Positions 28,481-38,036 of a DNA stretch of 63,153 nucleotides are shown here, piece after piece. The notes under the pieces are model-generated. The model made no database searches. It had not been told where the DNA came from and worked only from the letters and a program-made list of their open reading frames with translations. Source of the stretch: an uncultured Novosphingobium sp. (lineage in GTDB: Bacteria > Pseudomonadota > Alphaproteobacteria > Sphingomonadales > Sphingomonadaceae); NCBI GenBank assembly GCA_964582485.1, contig CAZOSI010000002.1, positions 1-63,153 on the forward strand. The letters run 5' to 3'. The stretch's first letter is position 1, and each line of letters starts with the position of its first letter. Made by a program: the position numbers and the translations under genes.

Positions 28481-29398
28481 ATGAATATCGTCACGCCAAT
28501 CCGGCAAATTGCCAGCCGCCGCGATGTGGCCTTCGATGGGGAGCATCCCCGCGTCGTGGTGGGCGATATCGCCAGCCGGCCGCGCGGCAATGCCCGGATC
28601 ATCACTGTTGCCAATGAAAAAGGCGGAGTCGGGAAGTCGACGCTGGCATTTCACCTCGCCGTCGCGCTCGCGGACTGCGGTCACAAGGTGCTGGCGGTCG
28701 ATCTTGACCGGCGCCAGCAATCACTCAGCCAGGCATTGGTTGCGCGTGGCGGCACCGCCAAGCGGCTCGGCGTGCGCCTGCCGCTGCCGCGCGAACTGCT
28801 GCTCAAACAACATTCCGGCGCGCACCTTTGCCAGGAACTGGCCCGCGCCGGGTGGGACTGCGACTATGTGGTGATCGACGCCCCAGGCCAGGACGCGCCA
28901 GTTGTACGCCGCGCCATTGCCATGGCCGATATACTGGTTTCTCCGGTCAATGCTTCGTTCGTCGATCTGGGCCTGCTCGGCAGGTTCCACCCGGTGACTC
29001 ACAAGCTGACCGGCCCGGGTTGTTTTGCCGCCATGGTTATGGAGCTGCGCGAAGCCCGGGCCGAGGCAGGCCTGCCCGGGCTCGATTGGCTGGTCGTGCA
29101 AAACCGCAAACGCCGCGATTCCAGCCACAACCAGGGCAGGGTCGATTCGGCGCTGCGCCGCTTGTCGCAACGGTTCGACTTCAAGCTTGGCGAGGGTTTA
29201 TCCGAACGCGTCGCTTACCGGGATCTGGTGTTGATGGGGCTGACAATGCTCGATCTGCACCGCTTGCCCGATCTCCCCCGGGCCCGCAGCGGGGCAACGA
29301 GCGAAGTCCGCCGCCTGCTGGACGATCTGGGTATCGGGCAGGAGTGGGGCGGGCTGTTGGCCGGCGCGCGCAAAGAGCCTCTGCAAGTCAAAGCTTGA
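28481..29398 (+). CDS. MipZ-like ParA-family ATPase
   Basis: NEKGGVGKST, DLDRRQ, IDAPG, PVNASFVDLGLLG, WLVVQNR and LSERVAYRDL match the MipZ pattern. Confidence 0.8.
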   Translation: MNIVTPIRQIASRRDVAFDGEHPRVVVGDIASRPRGNARIITVANEKGGVGKSTLAFHLAVALADCGHKVLAVDLDRRQQSLSQALVARGGTAKRLGVRLPLPRELLLKQHSGAHLCQELARAGWDCDYVVIDAPGQDAPVVRRAIAMADILVSPVNASFVDLGLLGRFHPVTHKLTGPGCFAAMVMELREARAEAGLPGLDWLVVQNRKRRDSSHNQGRVDSALRRLSQRFDFKLGEGLSERVAYRDLVLMGLTMLDLHRLPDLPRARSGATSEVRRLLDDLGIGQEWGGLLAGARKEPLQVKA

Positions 29399-29404
29399 AG
29401 CCTT

Positions 29405-30211
29405 TTATTCGTCCCACTTGGGATAGCGCAGGATCGGGGTCTGCCCGCGCAGGAAATCGCGCGGAAGGTTTCCGGTCAGCGCCTTGAAATCGCGAATGAA
29501 GTGCGATTGATCGGCATAGCCGGCTTCATGCGCCAGGGTGGTCCAGGCAAGGTCGGGATCAAGTTCCTTGCGATGCACGGCATGGCCGATCCGGCAGATC
29601 CGGGCATAGTGCTTGGGATTGAGCCCGGTTAACTGGCGGAAGCGGCGTTGGAAATGGCGCAGCGACAGGCCCGAGGCGTCGGCCAGATCCTGGATCGGCA
29701 CGGTCCCGCGCATCGTCCTGAGCCGTGTTGCCTCGCGCGCGACCGGATCGTTGCAAGCCTTGCCGGCGCTGAGCGATTGCAGCCAGCGATCAACCATTGC
29801 GGCCATCGCTGGCCAGTCCGGCGCGGACCGCAGTTCGTTCAGCATGCCGGGGGGCAGGGTCAGTGGGACAAAACTGTCGACCAGCGAAACCGGATCGACG
29901 TCAAACAGGTTGCCGGCTGCGGCTGGCTGCAGCCGCGCAGAGAAGGTTCGCAGCGGGCCGTTGATCTCCATGTCATAGCGGTAATGGGTCAGTGGCCCGA
30001 ACAGGCCCACTTCGGGTGCCTCGAGGTGCTCGCGCGATTCGAGATCGTAAAGTCCATGGCCGCCCTCAAGGATAATCTGGACAAAGCAATTGGGCCGGGC
30101 CGGGATCACCCGGCGAACCATTTGCCCGCGGTCTGCAATTTCACCGCCAATATAGCCAATCAGGCAGGAAACGAGATCCCTGCAGCCGCTCTCGATCAGG
30201 GTAATCTTCAC
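29405..30211 (-). CDS. AraC-family transcriptional regulator
   Basis: LSLRHFQRRF..TGLNPK, GYADQSHFIRDFKALTG. Confidence 0.88.
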   Translation of the reverse strand: MKITLIESGCRDLVSCLIGYIGGEIADRGQMVRRVIPARPNCFVQIILEGGHGLYDLESREHLEAPEVGLFGPLTHYRYDMEINGPLRTFSARLQPAAAGNLFDVDPVSLVDSFVPLTLPPGMLNELRSAPDWPAMAAMVDRWLQSLSAGKACNDPVAREATRLRTMRGTVPIQDLADASGLSLRHFQRRFRQLTGLNPKHYARICRIGHAVHRKELDPDLAWTTLAHEAGYADQSHFIRDFKALTGNLPRDFLRGQTPILRYPKWDE

Positions 30212-30252
30212 CCCGCCAGCCCCCCAATTTGCGTGCGACCGCTGTTGTACTT

Positions 30253-31533
30253 TTACGACATAGCTTCGCGCTCGACTTCGCGCCAGCCTATATCGCGCCG
30301 GCAGAAGCCATCGGGGAAATCGATCTGGTTTACTGCGGCATAGGCCAGCTCTTGGGCTTCGGCGACGCTCGCGCTCAGTGCCGTCACATTCAGCACACGT
30401 CCGCCGCTTGCGATCAGCTGTCCGCCGCTAATCGCGGTGCCGGCATGGAACACCTTGGCCCCGCCCGCTTCGGCTGCTGCGATCCCGCCGATCGTGCCGC
30501 CGCTTTTCGGGGTTCCGGGGTATCCATCGGCCGCCATCACCACGGTTAGCGCGGTTGCTTCGGCAAAGCGCGGGGCGGGCAGGGTGCCCAGGCGGTTTTC
30601 GGCGGTGGCCAGCATCAGTTCGGCCAGATCGCCATCGTAGCGCTGCATCAGCACCTGGCATTCGGGATCGCCGAACCGGCAGTTGTACTCGATCAGCTGG
30701 ACCCCGGTCGGGGTCAGCATCAGTCCGGCATAGAGCACCCCGGAATAAGGTATGCCCTCATCGGCCATGGCCCGGACTGTCGGCACCACGATTCGCTCCA
30801 GTGCCTCGCCCTCCAGCAGCGGGGTCAGCACCCGGGCGGGGCTGTAGGCACCCATTCCGCCGGTGTTGGGTCCGGTATCCCCATCGCCGACCCGCTTGTG
30901 GTCCTGCGCCGAACCGAACGGCACCACGGTGTGACCGTCGGTGATCGCGAAGAAGCTTGCTTCCTCACCCTCCAGAAATTCCTCGATCACCGCTTCAGCC
31001 CCGGCTGCTCCGAACCGGCCGGAAAAGATTTCCCGGACCGCTTCCTCGGCTTCGGTCCGGGTCATGGCGACGGTCACGCCTTTGCCGGCCGCCAGCCCGT
31101 CGGCCTTGATCACAACCGGGATGGGGAAGCCGTCCAGCTCCGCCAGCGCTGTTTCGAGGCTGGCGACCCGCTTGAACCCGGCGGTCGGGATGTTGTGGCG
31201 GGCGCAAAGCTCTTTGGTGAAGGCCTTCGAACCTTCCAGCTGCGCCGCCGCCTTGCTTGGCCCAAACACCGGAATTCCAGCACCGCGCAGGCTGTCGGCC
31301 AAGCCGTCGACCAGCGGCGCTTCAGGACCGACCACAACCAGCCCGATCCGCTGCGCCTCGCAGAAAGCCAGAACCGCAGCGTGGTCGTCTATTGCAAGAC
31401 TCACCAGTTCGGCATGTTCGGCCACGCCAGGATTGCCCGGACAAGCGAACAGCTTCGTGCATTGCCGGGATTGCGCCAGCTTCCAAGCCAGCGCATGTTC
31501 GCGCCCGCCCGACCCGACCAGCAGGATATTCAT
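30253..31533 (-). CDS. purD: Phosphoribosylamine-glycine ligase
   Basis: [48 protein letters not shown]. Confidence 0.97.
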   Translation of the reverse strand: MNILLVGSGGREHALAWKLAQSRQCTKLFACPGNPGVAEHAELVSLAIDDHAAVLAFCEAQRIGLVVVGPEAPLVDGLADSLRGAGIPVFGPSKAAAQLEGSKAFTKELCARHNIPTAGFKRVASLETALAELDGFPIPVVIKADGLAAGKGVTVAMTRTEAEEAVREIFSGRFGAAGAEAVIEEFLEGEEASFFAITDGHTVVPFGSAQDHKRVGDGDTGPNTGGMGAYSPARVLTPLLEGEALERIVVPTVRAMADEGIPYSGVLYAGLMLTPTGVQLIEYNCRFGDPECQVLMQRYDGDLAELMLATAENRLGTLPAPRFAEATALTVVMAADGYPGTPKSGGTIGGIAAAEAGGAKVFHAGTAISGGQLIASGGRVLNVTALSASVAEAQELAYAAVNQIDFPDGFCRRDIGWREVEREAMS

Positions 31534-32932
31534 GTCAGCGCCGCCTTATTCCGATGAAGAACCCGCCGGGCTGGTAGCGAAGGAAGCAGCTGGCGACAAC
31601 GCCGCAGCGCTGTCGGTCAGCGAGATTTCCGCATTGCTCAAGCGGACGGTTGAAGATCGCTTCGGTTTCGTGCGGGTGCGGGGTGAAATCAGCGGGTTCA
31701 AGCGCGCCGCCTCGGGCCATGTCTATCTTGGCCTCAAGGATGAAAATGCCCGGCTTGATGCAGTGATGTGGCGCGGTACCGCGCAGCGGTTGAACTTCCA
31801 GCCTGAAGACGGGCTTGAAGTGGTCGCGACTGGCAAGCTTACCACCTACCCAGGCCGCTCGAATTATCAGATGGTGATCGAACGGATGGAGGTAGCCGGT
31901 GAAGGGGCCCTGCTGGCCTTGCTCGCGCGCAACAAGGCCCGGTTCGAAGCCGAAGGCCTGTTCGCGCCTGAGCGCAAGCGCGCGATCCCCTACTTGCCGC
32001 GCGTGATCGGGGTGGTCACTTCGCCGACCGGGGCAGTGATCCGCGATATCCTCCACCGCCTGGCCGATCGATTTCCGGTGCAGGTGCTGGTCTGGCCGGT
32101 GCTGGTCCAGGGCCAGGGTGCGGCGGAGCAGGTTGCCGGGGCGGTACGCGGTTTCTCGGCACTGGCGCCGGGCGGGGTAGTGCCGCGCCCGGACCTGGTG
32201 ATCGTCGCGCGCGGCGGCGGTTCCATAGAGGATCTGTGGGCTTTTAATGAAGAGGTCGTGGTCCGCGCCGTAGCTGAGTGCTCCGTACCCTTGATTTCGG
32301 CGGTCGGGCACGAGACCGACACTACGCTGTGCGACTTCGCTGCCGACCGCCGCGCGCCCACTCCCACGGCAGCAGCGGAAATGGCGGTGCCGGTCCGTGC
32401 CGAACTGCTGAACCAGATCGCCGAGCTGGCGCTTCGCAAGCGTCGCGCGGTGCTGCGCCCGCTGCAATTGGGGCGTGAACGGCTGGCCGCCCGGGCCGAA
32501 CGGATGCCCGCTCCGCAGGCGCTGCTGGCCCCGCAGGCGCAGCGGCTTGACGATCTGTCTGAGCGTTTCCGCCGAGCACTGACCGATCGCACCGCGCTGG
32601 CCAGAGGCGAATTGCAGCGGGTGGCGGGAAAGCTTTCCCTGCCGTTGGTCGCATCGCGGGTCCAGACCGCACAGGGCCGCCTAGACGGACTGGCCCGGCT
32701 GTTCGTCTCGCTTGATCCGGACAAGGTCCTGGCCCGTGGCTATGTCCGGGTTACGGGGCCTGACGGGCGGACCCTGACGACCCGGCAGTCCGCCGCCGGG
32801 CAATCGTCGCTAACGCTGCATTTCCAGGACGGCCAACTCGGGGTTGGCGCCGCTGTCGCGCCAGTCCGTGCCACACCCCGGCCCAAACCCGCCGCCGGAT
32901 CCGATGATGGCCCACAGGGCAAATTGCTCTGA
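31532..32932 (+). CDS. xseA: Exodeoxyribonuclease VII large subunit
   Basis: [60 protein letters not shown]. Confidence 0.95.
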   Translation: MSAPPYSDEEPAGLVAKEAAGDNAAALSVSEISALLKRTVEDRFGFVRVRGEISGFKRAASGHVYLGLKDENARLDAVMWRGTAQRLNFQPEDGLEVVATGKLTTYPGRSNYQMVIERMEVAGEGALLALLARNKARFEAEGLFAPERKRAIPYLPRVIGVVTSPTGAVIRDILHRLADRFPVQVLVWPVLVQGQGAAEQVAGAVRGFSALAPGGVVPRPDLVIVARGGGSIEDLWAFNEEVVVRAVAECSVPLISAVGHETDTTLCDFAADRRAPTPTAAAEMAVPVRAELLNQIAELALRKRRAVLRPLQLGRERLAARAERMPAPQALLAPQAQRLDDLSERFRRALTDRTALARGELQRVAGKLSLPLVASRVQTAQGRLDGLARLFVSLDPDKVLARGYVRVTGPDGRTLTTRQSAAGQSSLTLHFQDGQLGVGAAVAPVRATPRPKPAAGSDDGPQGKLL

Positions 32933-32959
32933 TCGGTTCGCTTTGCTAGGGACTTGGCC

Positions 32960-33163
32960 ATGCTGATGAATTCTGCCGATCGCCCCGCCATGCTGTTCTA
33001 TCAGGCCAATGGCTTTCGCGTGCTCAGCCCGGGCAATCATGTGATCTGCGCGGTATCGGGCGAGCCGATCATGCTCGAAGCGCTGCGTTACTGGAGCGCG
33101 GCACGCCAGGAGGCTTACGCCAGCCCCGAATTTGCCACTCGCCGTCTGCTTGGCCAGGGCTGA
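32960..33163 (+). CDS. DUF2093-like small protein
   Basis: FRVLSPGNHVICAVSG..I.LEALRYWS..RQEAYA; follows xseA. Confidence 0.78.
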   Translation: MLMNSADRPAMLFYQANGFRVLSPGNHVICAVSGEPIMLEALRYWSAARQEAYASPEFATRRLLGQG

Positions 33164-33172
33164 GCGCGGGTG

Positions 33173-34039
33173 ATGCAGCGGCGTCTGTTTCTGGCCGGGG
33201 GCGGGGCGCTGGCCGGTCTTGGGTTGTGGCGTGCACGCGGCTGGGCGGCCGAGCGGCTCGGACTGGACCCGGCCGCCGACTTCGCGTTGACAGGGCAGCT
33301 CACCCAGGGCGGCTGGGCTCGCGGGCGGGCTCCGCTGGGGACCCGCCAGCTGACTTTCAACGGCCGCGAGGTTCGGCTCGCTGCGGACCGGGCATTCCTG
33401 ATCGCGTTCGATCGCGATGCCGGGCCGCGCGGGGAATTGCTGGCGGAATTGCAGGACGGCGGCTCGAGCCGGGGCGGTTTCGCGATATTGCCGCGTGCCT
33501 GGAAGATCGAGCGAATTCCAATCGGGCCGCGCCCCGGCAGCCCGCCAATCGAGGAGTATGCCCGCCGCCGTGCCGCGGAAACTGCCCGGATCAACGCTGC
33601 CAGAGCGCGGGATCATGCTGCCGATGGCTGGCGGCAGAAGTTCATCTATCCTGTGTTCGGGCGGATCTCGGGCCGGTTCGGATCGCAGCGGATCTACAAC
33701 GGCACGCCTGGATCTTACCATTCGGGCATGGATATTGCGACCGGCACAAGCGGTAATCCGTTCGTGGCCCCGGCCGACGGTGTGGTGATCCTGGCTGCAC
33801 AAAGTTCGTTCAGCCTCGAAGGGCGGTTGCTGATGATCGACCATGGCATGGGCTTGAACAGCGCGTTCCTGCACTGTTCAGATCATGCCGTCAAAGAAGG
33901 CGATCTGGTACGCCAGGGCCAGTTCATCGGCCGGATCGGTGCAACTGGCCGCGCGACCGGGCCGCACCTTCACTGGTCGATAAAATGGCGCGAGGCGCGG
34001 CTCGATCCGTTGTTGTTTGTCGGGCCGATGCCGGGCTAA
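33173..34039 (+). CDS. M23 family metallopeptidase
   Basis: HSGMD, IDHG, ATGRATGPHLHW; RR-type leader. Confidence 0.9.
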   Translation: MQRRLFLAGGGALAGLGLWRARGWAAERLGLDPAADFALTGQLTQGGWARGRAPLGTRQLTFNGREVRLAADRAFLIAFDRDAGPRGELLAELQDGGSSRGGFAILPRAWKIERIPIGPRPGSPPIEEYARRRAAETARINAARARDHAADGWRQKFIYPVFGRISGRFGSQRIYNGTPGSYHSGMDIATGTSGNPFVAPADGVVILAAQSSFSLEGRLLMIDHGMGLNSAFLHCSDHAVKEGDLVRQGQFIGRIGATGRATGPHLHWSIKWREARLDPLLFVGPMPG

Positions 34040-34046
34040 GCCGCGA

Positions 34047-34580
34047 CTATTCGACCCGGCGCACCTTGATTGCCCGTTGACCGTCGATATTCATGCGAAA
34101 GGTGCCGAGCGCGCCCTTGGAAATCTTGACCTTGTTGCCGGTGACCGGATCGAACACCAGCCGTTCGTCATCGATCTGTTCCCAGACTGACCCGTCGGCC
34201 AGGGTCACCCTCCAGCTACCATAACCAAAGGGCCGGGCCGTCTTGACGGTCCCTTCGATCGACTTGACCTCATCCTTGTCATCCTCGCCGCCGCCAAAAA
34301 TGCCCAGGGTAGGCAGCCTGAACCCGAACAGGCCCTTCTTCGCTTCGCGAACCGTAGCGCGGTCGGCCACCACGACATCGCCGCTGGCCGCGGCTTGTTC
34401 CAGTTTGCCGACCTGGGCGTCATAGCAGGCCAGGCGCGCGGCCGGATCGGGAATCGAACGGCATTCGACAAGGTCCTTGTAGGCCTGGGGCTGCGGTGGA
34501 GGGGCCTTGTCCTTGGCCAGGGCAGTACTGGCGCAAACCAGGATTGCAGCGCCAACAAGGGCGATCCGGTGAAGACGCAT
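34047..34580 (-). CDS. Secreted hypothetical protein divergent from the TonB-dependent receptor
   Basis: AAGGAG RBS, signal peptide, CRSIPDPAARLACYD two-Cys motif, beta-rich C-terminal domain. Confidence 0.78.
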   Translation of the reverse strand: MRLHRIALVGAAILVCASTALAKDKAPPPQPQAYKDLVECRSIPDPAARLACYDAQVGKLEQAAASGDVVVADRATVREAKKGLFGFRLPTLGIFGGGEDDKDEVKSIEGTVKTARPFGYGSWRVTLADGSVWEQIDDERLVFDPVTGNKVKISKGALGTFRMNIDGQRAIKVRRVE

Positions 34581-34665
34581 TGCTAATGACTCCTTTACCA
34601 TTACCGCGATGATACCGCACGGCCTTGGTTCTTGCGGTTAATAGGCTGCGAAAACCCGGCTTGTC

Positions 34666-34687
34666 ACTGTGACTTTATGGTTACAGT
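34666..34687. promoter_or_regulatory. Inverted repeat upstream of the TonB-dependent receptor
   Basis: ACTGTGAC-TTTATG-GTTACAGT (1 mismatch); regulator unknown. Confidence 0.45.
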
Positions 34688-34850
34688 CGAAATCAAACCT
34701 GCCCGGAAATGCGTCACTTTGCTTTACAGCGGAGTCTCGCGGCGGCACGGAAGGCAGCATCGGGTGGAATAGGGCCATAATTTGGTCCGATCTGCCTGTT
34801 CACGCGCTGGGCCTGGCCTGGCATCCAGAACACAGAGGGACTGGAAACAC

Positions 34851-37800
34851 ATGAAAAGCTTGCTCAAACTCGCATCTGCTCCTGCAGTGCTCGGCTTCGC
34901 GCTGACCGCACTGCCGGCTTATGCACAGGACGCTGCGGCAGACGAAGATACCGACGCCGAAACCATCGTCGTCACCGGTTCGCGCCTGGCTTCGCCGAAC
35001 CTTGATTCGGCCAGCCCGGTCACCGTCGTTTCGGCGGATGACATCAAGAACACTGGCACCACCCGCGTGGAAGACCTGGTGAACTCGCTCCCGCAGGTCT
35101 TCGCTGGCCAGGGTTCGAACTATTCTAACGGTTCGTCGGGTACCGCCACGCTCAACCTGCGCGGTCTTGGTTCGGAACGTAACCTCGTGCTGGTCAACGG
35201 TCGTCGCGTCACCCCGGGTGACCCGACCACTTCGGCTGCCGACATCAACGTGATCCCGGGTGCCATGGTCAAGCGCGTCGACGTGCTGACCGGCGGTGCT
35301 TCGTCGGTTTACGGTGCGGACGCGGTTTCGGGCGTCGTCAACTTCGTGATGGACACGAAGTTCGAAGGCTTCCGCATCGACGGCCAGTACAGCTTCTACA
35401 ACCACAACAATGACATCGGCACCCAGGTTACCAACCCCCTGAACGCGCGCGGCTATGCCGTTCCGCGCGGTATGGTCACCGATGGCGGCGCGGTTGACGC
35501 AACTGTTGCTTTCGGCACTGCCTTTGACGGTGGCCGCGGCCACATCACAGCCTATGCCGGTTACCGCAAGGTCAACCCGGTGCTGCAGCGTGACCGTGAC
35601 TATTCGGCCTGCTCGCTGACCCCGCGCACCACGGCTCAGGTTGCAGCCAACGGCGCGCTGTTCAGCTGCGGCGGTTCGGCCACCTCGGCCAACGGCACGA
35701 TCATCGCTTATGACAGCGGCGGCGTTCCGGCCAACTTCACCTCGACCTTCTTCCAGATCGGCGCTGGGCGCACTCTGGCTGGCGGTTTCACCCCCTACAA
35801 CTTCGGCCCGCTGAACTACTTCCAGCGTCCGGACGAGCGCTACACCGCAGGCGTCTTCGCCGAGTATGAACTCAGCGATTCGATGAAGCCGTACATGGAA
35901 TTCATGTTCATGGACGACCGCACCGTCGCCCAGATCGCCCCTTCGGGTGACTTCGGCAACACGCTGTCGCTCAACTGCAACAACCCGCTTCTGGGTGCAT
36001 CGCAGGTTGCAGTGATCTGCGACAACGAAAACCTGCTGGTCAGCCCGAACCCGGGCGATGCCTTCTTCGTGGTCGGCAACGCTGCGGATGAAAATGCTGC
36101 ACGTACTGCGCGCGGCATCGGTGAACCGCTTCTGCCGCTGACGCCGTTCAACTTCATCGATCCGACCACCGGTGGTACCTACAACCGTGGTTTTGCGCAG
36201 ATCCTGCGTCGTAACGTTGAAGGTGGTCCGCGTCAGGACGATCTCCAGCACACCAGCTACCGTGGCGTGCTTGGTATGAAGGGCGATCTGGGCGATGCCT
36301 GGAACTACGACATGTACTACCAGTACGGTCGCACGCTCTTTGCGGAAACCTACTACAACGACTTCTCGGTCACGCGCCTGACGCGCGCGCTCGACGTTGT
36401 TGCCAACCCCAGCGGTGGGGCTCCGGTTTGCCGTTCGGTTCTCGATGGTACCGATCTCAACTGCGTACCCTACGACATCTTCGGAATCGGCACCGTTACC
36501 CCGGCAGCTGTCTCCTATCTGTCGACTCCTGGCTTCCAGCGCGGGATCAACACCACCCAGATCGTCAGCGGCTATGTCACCGGCGATCTCGGCAAGTACG
36601 GGATCAAGAGCCCGGGGGCCAAGGACGGCTTCGGCCTGGTGGTTGGTGCCGAATACCGCAAGGAAACGCTCGACCTGAAGACCGATGCGGCCTTCACCAC
36701 CGGCGATCTCGCCGGCCAGGGCGCACCGACCCTTTCGGTCGCTGGCAAGTTCGACGTGAAGGAAGTCTTCGCCGAACTGCGGGCTCCGCTGGTTCAGGAA
36801 GGCTTCGTATACGATCTGACCATGACGGGCGGCTATCGCCATTCGTCGTACAATGTCAGCAACGGAGCTAACTTCGCCACCGACACCTACAAGATCGAAG
36901 GCGAATTTGCCCCGATCCGCGACATCCGGTTCCGTGGGGGCTACAACCGCGCCGTTCGCGTGCCGACGCTGCAGGACTTCTTTGCTCCGCAGCGCGTCGC
37001 TCTGGACGGTTCGGAAGACCCCTGCGCTGGCTTCGCGATCACTGCAGCCAACACGGGCTGCCGCGCACAAGGTCTGTCCGTTGGTCAGGTCGTCGCGGCA
37101 AACCCGGCTGACCAGTACAACGGTCTGATCGGTGGCAACGCCAACCTTCGCCCGGAAGTGGCTGATACCTGGACCGCCGGCGTGGTGCTCCAGCCCAGCT
37201 TCATCCCGGGCCTGGCCATGAGCGTCGACTGGTTCAACATCAAGGTGAAGAACGCCATCCAGGCGATCGGTGCTGATACGATCGTGACCCAGTGCACCAA
37301 CACCGCCGATCCGTTCTTCTGCGGCCTGGTCAAACGCGACGCTTCCGGTTCGCTCTGGCGTTCGTCGGGCGGTTACATCATCGATCTCCCGCAGAACATT
37401 GGTTATGCTTCGACCAAGGGTATCGATGCGACGCTCAACTACAGCCGCCAGCTTGGTGGTATCGGTCGCATGAACGTCAGCTTCGTCGGCACCTGGCTTG
37501 ATGAACTCGTCACTTTCGACGGGATCACCGTTCCGGTTGACTGCGTAGGCTACCACGGCGGTCTGTGCGGCACCCCGTCGCCGAAGTGGCGTCACCAGAT
37601 GCGCGTTGGCCTCGACACCAAGATGGGTGTCGGCGTCTCGGTGCGCTGGCGTTACTTCGACGGCGTGGTTCAGGACCGGTCGAGCACGAACCCGAACCTC
37701 GCGGGTACGACTCAGCCGGCCAACCTGCGTATTCCGTCGGTTAGCTACTTCGACCTCGCGCTGACCGCGGACGTGGGTGACCACTTCAAGTTCCGCCTCG

Positions 37801-37943
37801 GTGCCAACAACCTGCTCGACAAGACCCCGCCGCTCACTGCTGGCGCGGCTTGCCCGTCTGGTCCGTGCAACGGCAACAGCTGGGCGCAGGTGTATGACTC
37901 GCTGGGTCGTTACGTCTACGCCGGTGTGACCCTCGACTTCTAA
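34851..37943 (+). CDS. TonB-dependent receptor with multiple Cys pairs
   Basis: Signal peptide, TonB box ETIVVTGS, LNLRGLG..RNLVLVNGRR, GASSVYGADAVSGVVNF, C-terminal Phe; strong codon bias. Confidence 0.95.
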   Translation: MKSLLKLASAPAVLGFALTALPAYAQDAAADEDTDAETIVVTGSRLASPNLDSASPVTVVSADDIKNTGTTRVEDLVNSLPQVFAGQGSNYSNGSSGTATLNLRGLGSERNLVLVNGRRVTPGDPTTSAADINVIPGAMVKRVDVLTGGASSVYGADAVSGVVNFVMDTKFEGFRIDGQYSFYNHNNDIGTQVTNPLNARGYAVPRGMVTDGGAVDATVAFGTAFDGGRGHITAYAGYRKVNPVLQRDRDYSACSLTPRTTAQVAANGALFSCGGSATSANGTIIAYDSGGVPANFTSTFFQIGAGRTLAGGFTPYNFGPLNYFQRPDERYTAGVFAEYELSDSMKPYMEFMFMDDRTVAQIAPSGDFGNTLSLNCNNPLLGASQVAVICDNENLLVSPNPGDAFFVVGNAADENAARTARGIGEPLLPLTPFNFIDPTTGGTYNRGFAQILRRNVEGGPRQDDLQHTSYRGVLGMKGDLGDAWNYDMYYQYGRTLFAETYYNDFSVTRLTRALDVVANPSGGAPVCRSVLDGTDLNCVPYDIFGIGTVTPAAVSYLSTPGFQRGINTTQIVSGYVTGDLGKYGIKSPGAKDGFGLVVGAEYRKETLDLKTDAAFTTGDLAGQGAPTLSVAGKFDVKEVFAELRAPLVQEGFVYDLTMTGGYRHSSYNVSNGANFATDTYKIEGEFAPIRDIRFRGGYNRAVRVPTLQDFFAPQRVALDGSEDPCAGFAITAANTGCRAQGLSVGQVVAANPADQYNGLIGGNANLRPEVADTWTAGVVLQPSFIPGLAMSVDWFNIKVKNAIQAIGADTIVTQCTNTADPFFCGLVKRDASGSLWRSSGGYIIDLPQNIGYASTKGIDATLNYSRQLGGIGRMNVSFVGTWLDELVTFDGITVPVDCVGYHGGLCGTPSPKWRHQMRVGLDTKMGVGVSVRWRYFDGVVQDRSSTNPNLAGTTQPANLRIPSVSYFDLALTADVGDHFKFRLGANNLLDKTPPLTAGAACPSGPCNGNSWAQVYDSLGRYVYAGVTLDF

Positions 37944-37969
37944 GTCGAACGGCACATCTGCCAAGTATC

Positions 37970-38009
37970 AAGGTGGCGGGTTCCTTCGGGAACCCGCCAC
38001 TTTGTTTTT
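37970..38009 (+). terminator. Intrinsic terminator after the TonB-dependent receptor
   Basis: GTGGCGGGTTCC-TTCG-GGAACCCGCCAC-TTTGTTTTT. Confidence 0.85.
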
Positions 38010-38036
38010 ATCCGCACCGCAAGCTAAGACCCCAAA

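Noticed and set aside
30941-31531. Long N-terminal extensions of xseA (and similarly pyrD, rplM, and 46306-47289 over nadC)
   Set aside because: They overlap real genes on the opposite strand or promoter regions; artefacts of longest-ORF calling.
34800-37964. 1054-aa antisense ORF over the TonB-dependent receptor gene
   Set aside because: Shadow of a strongly codon-biased GC-rich gene; no recognisable motifs.
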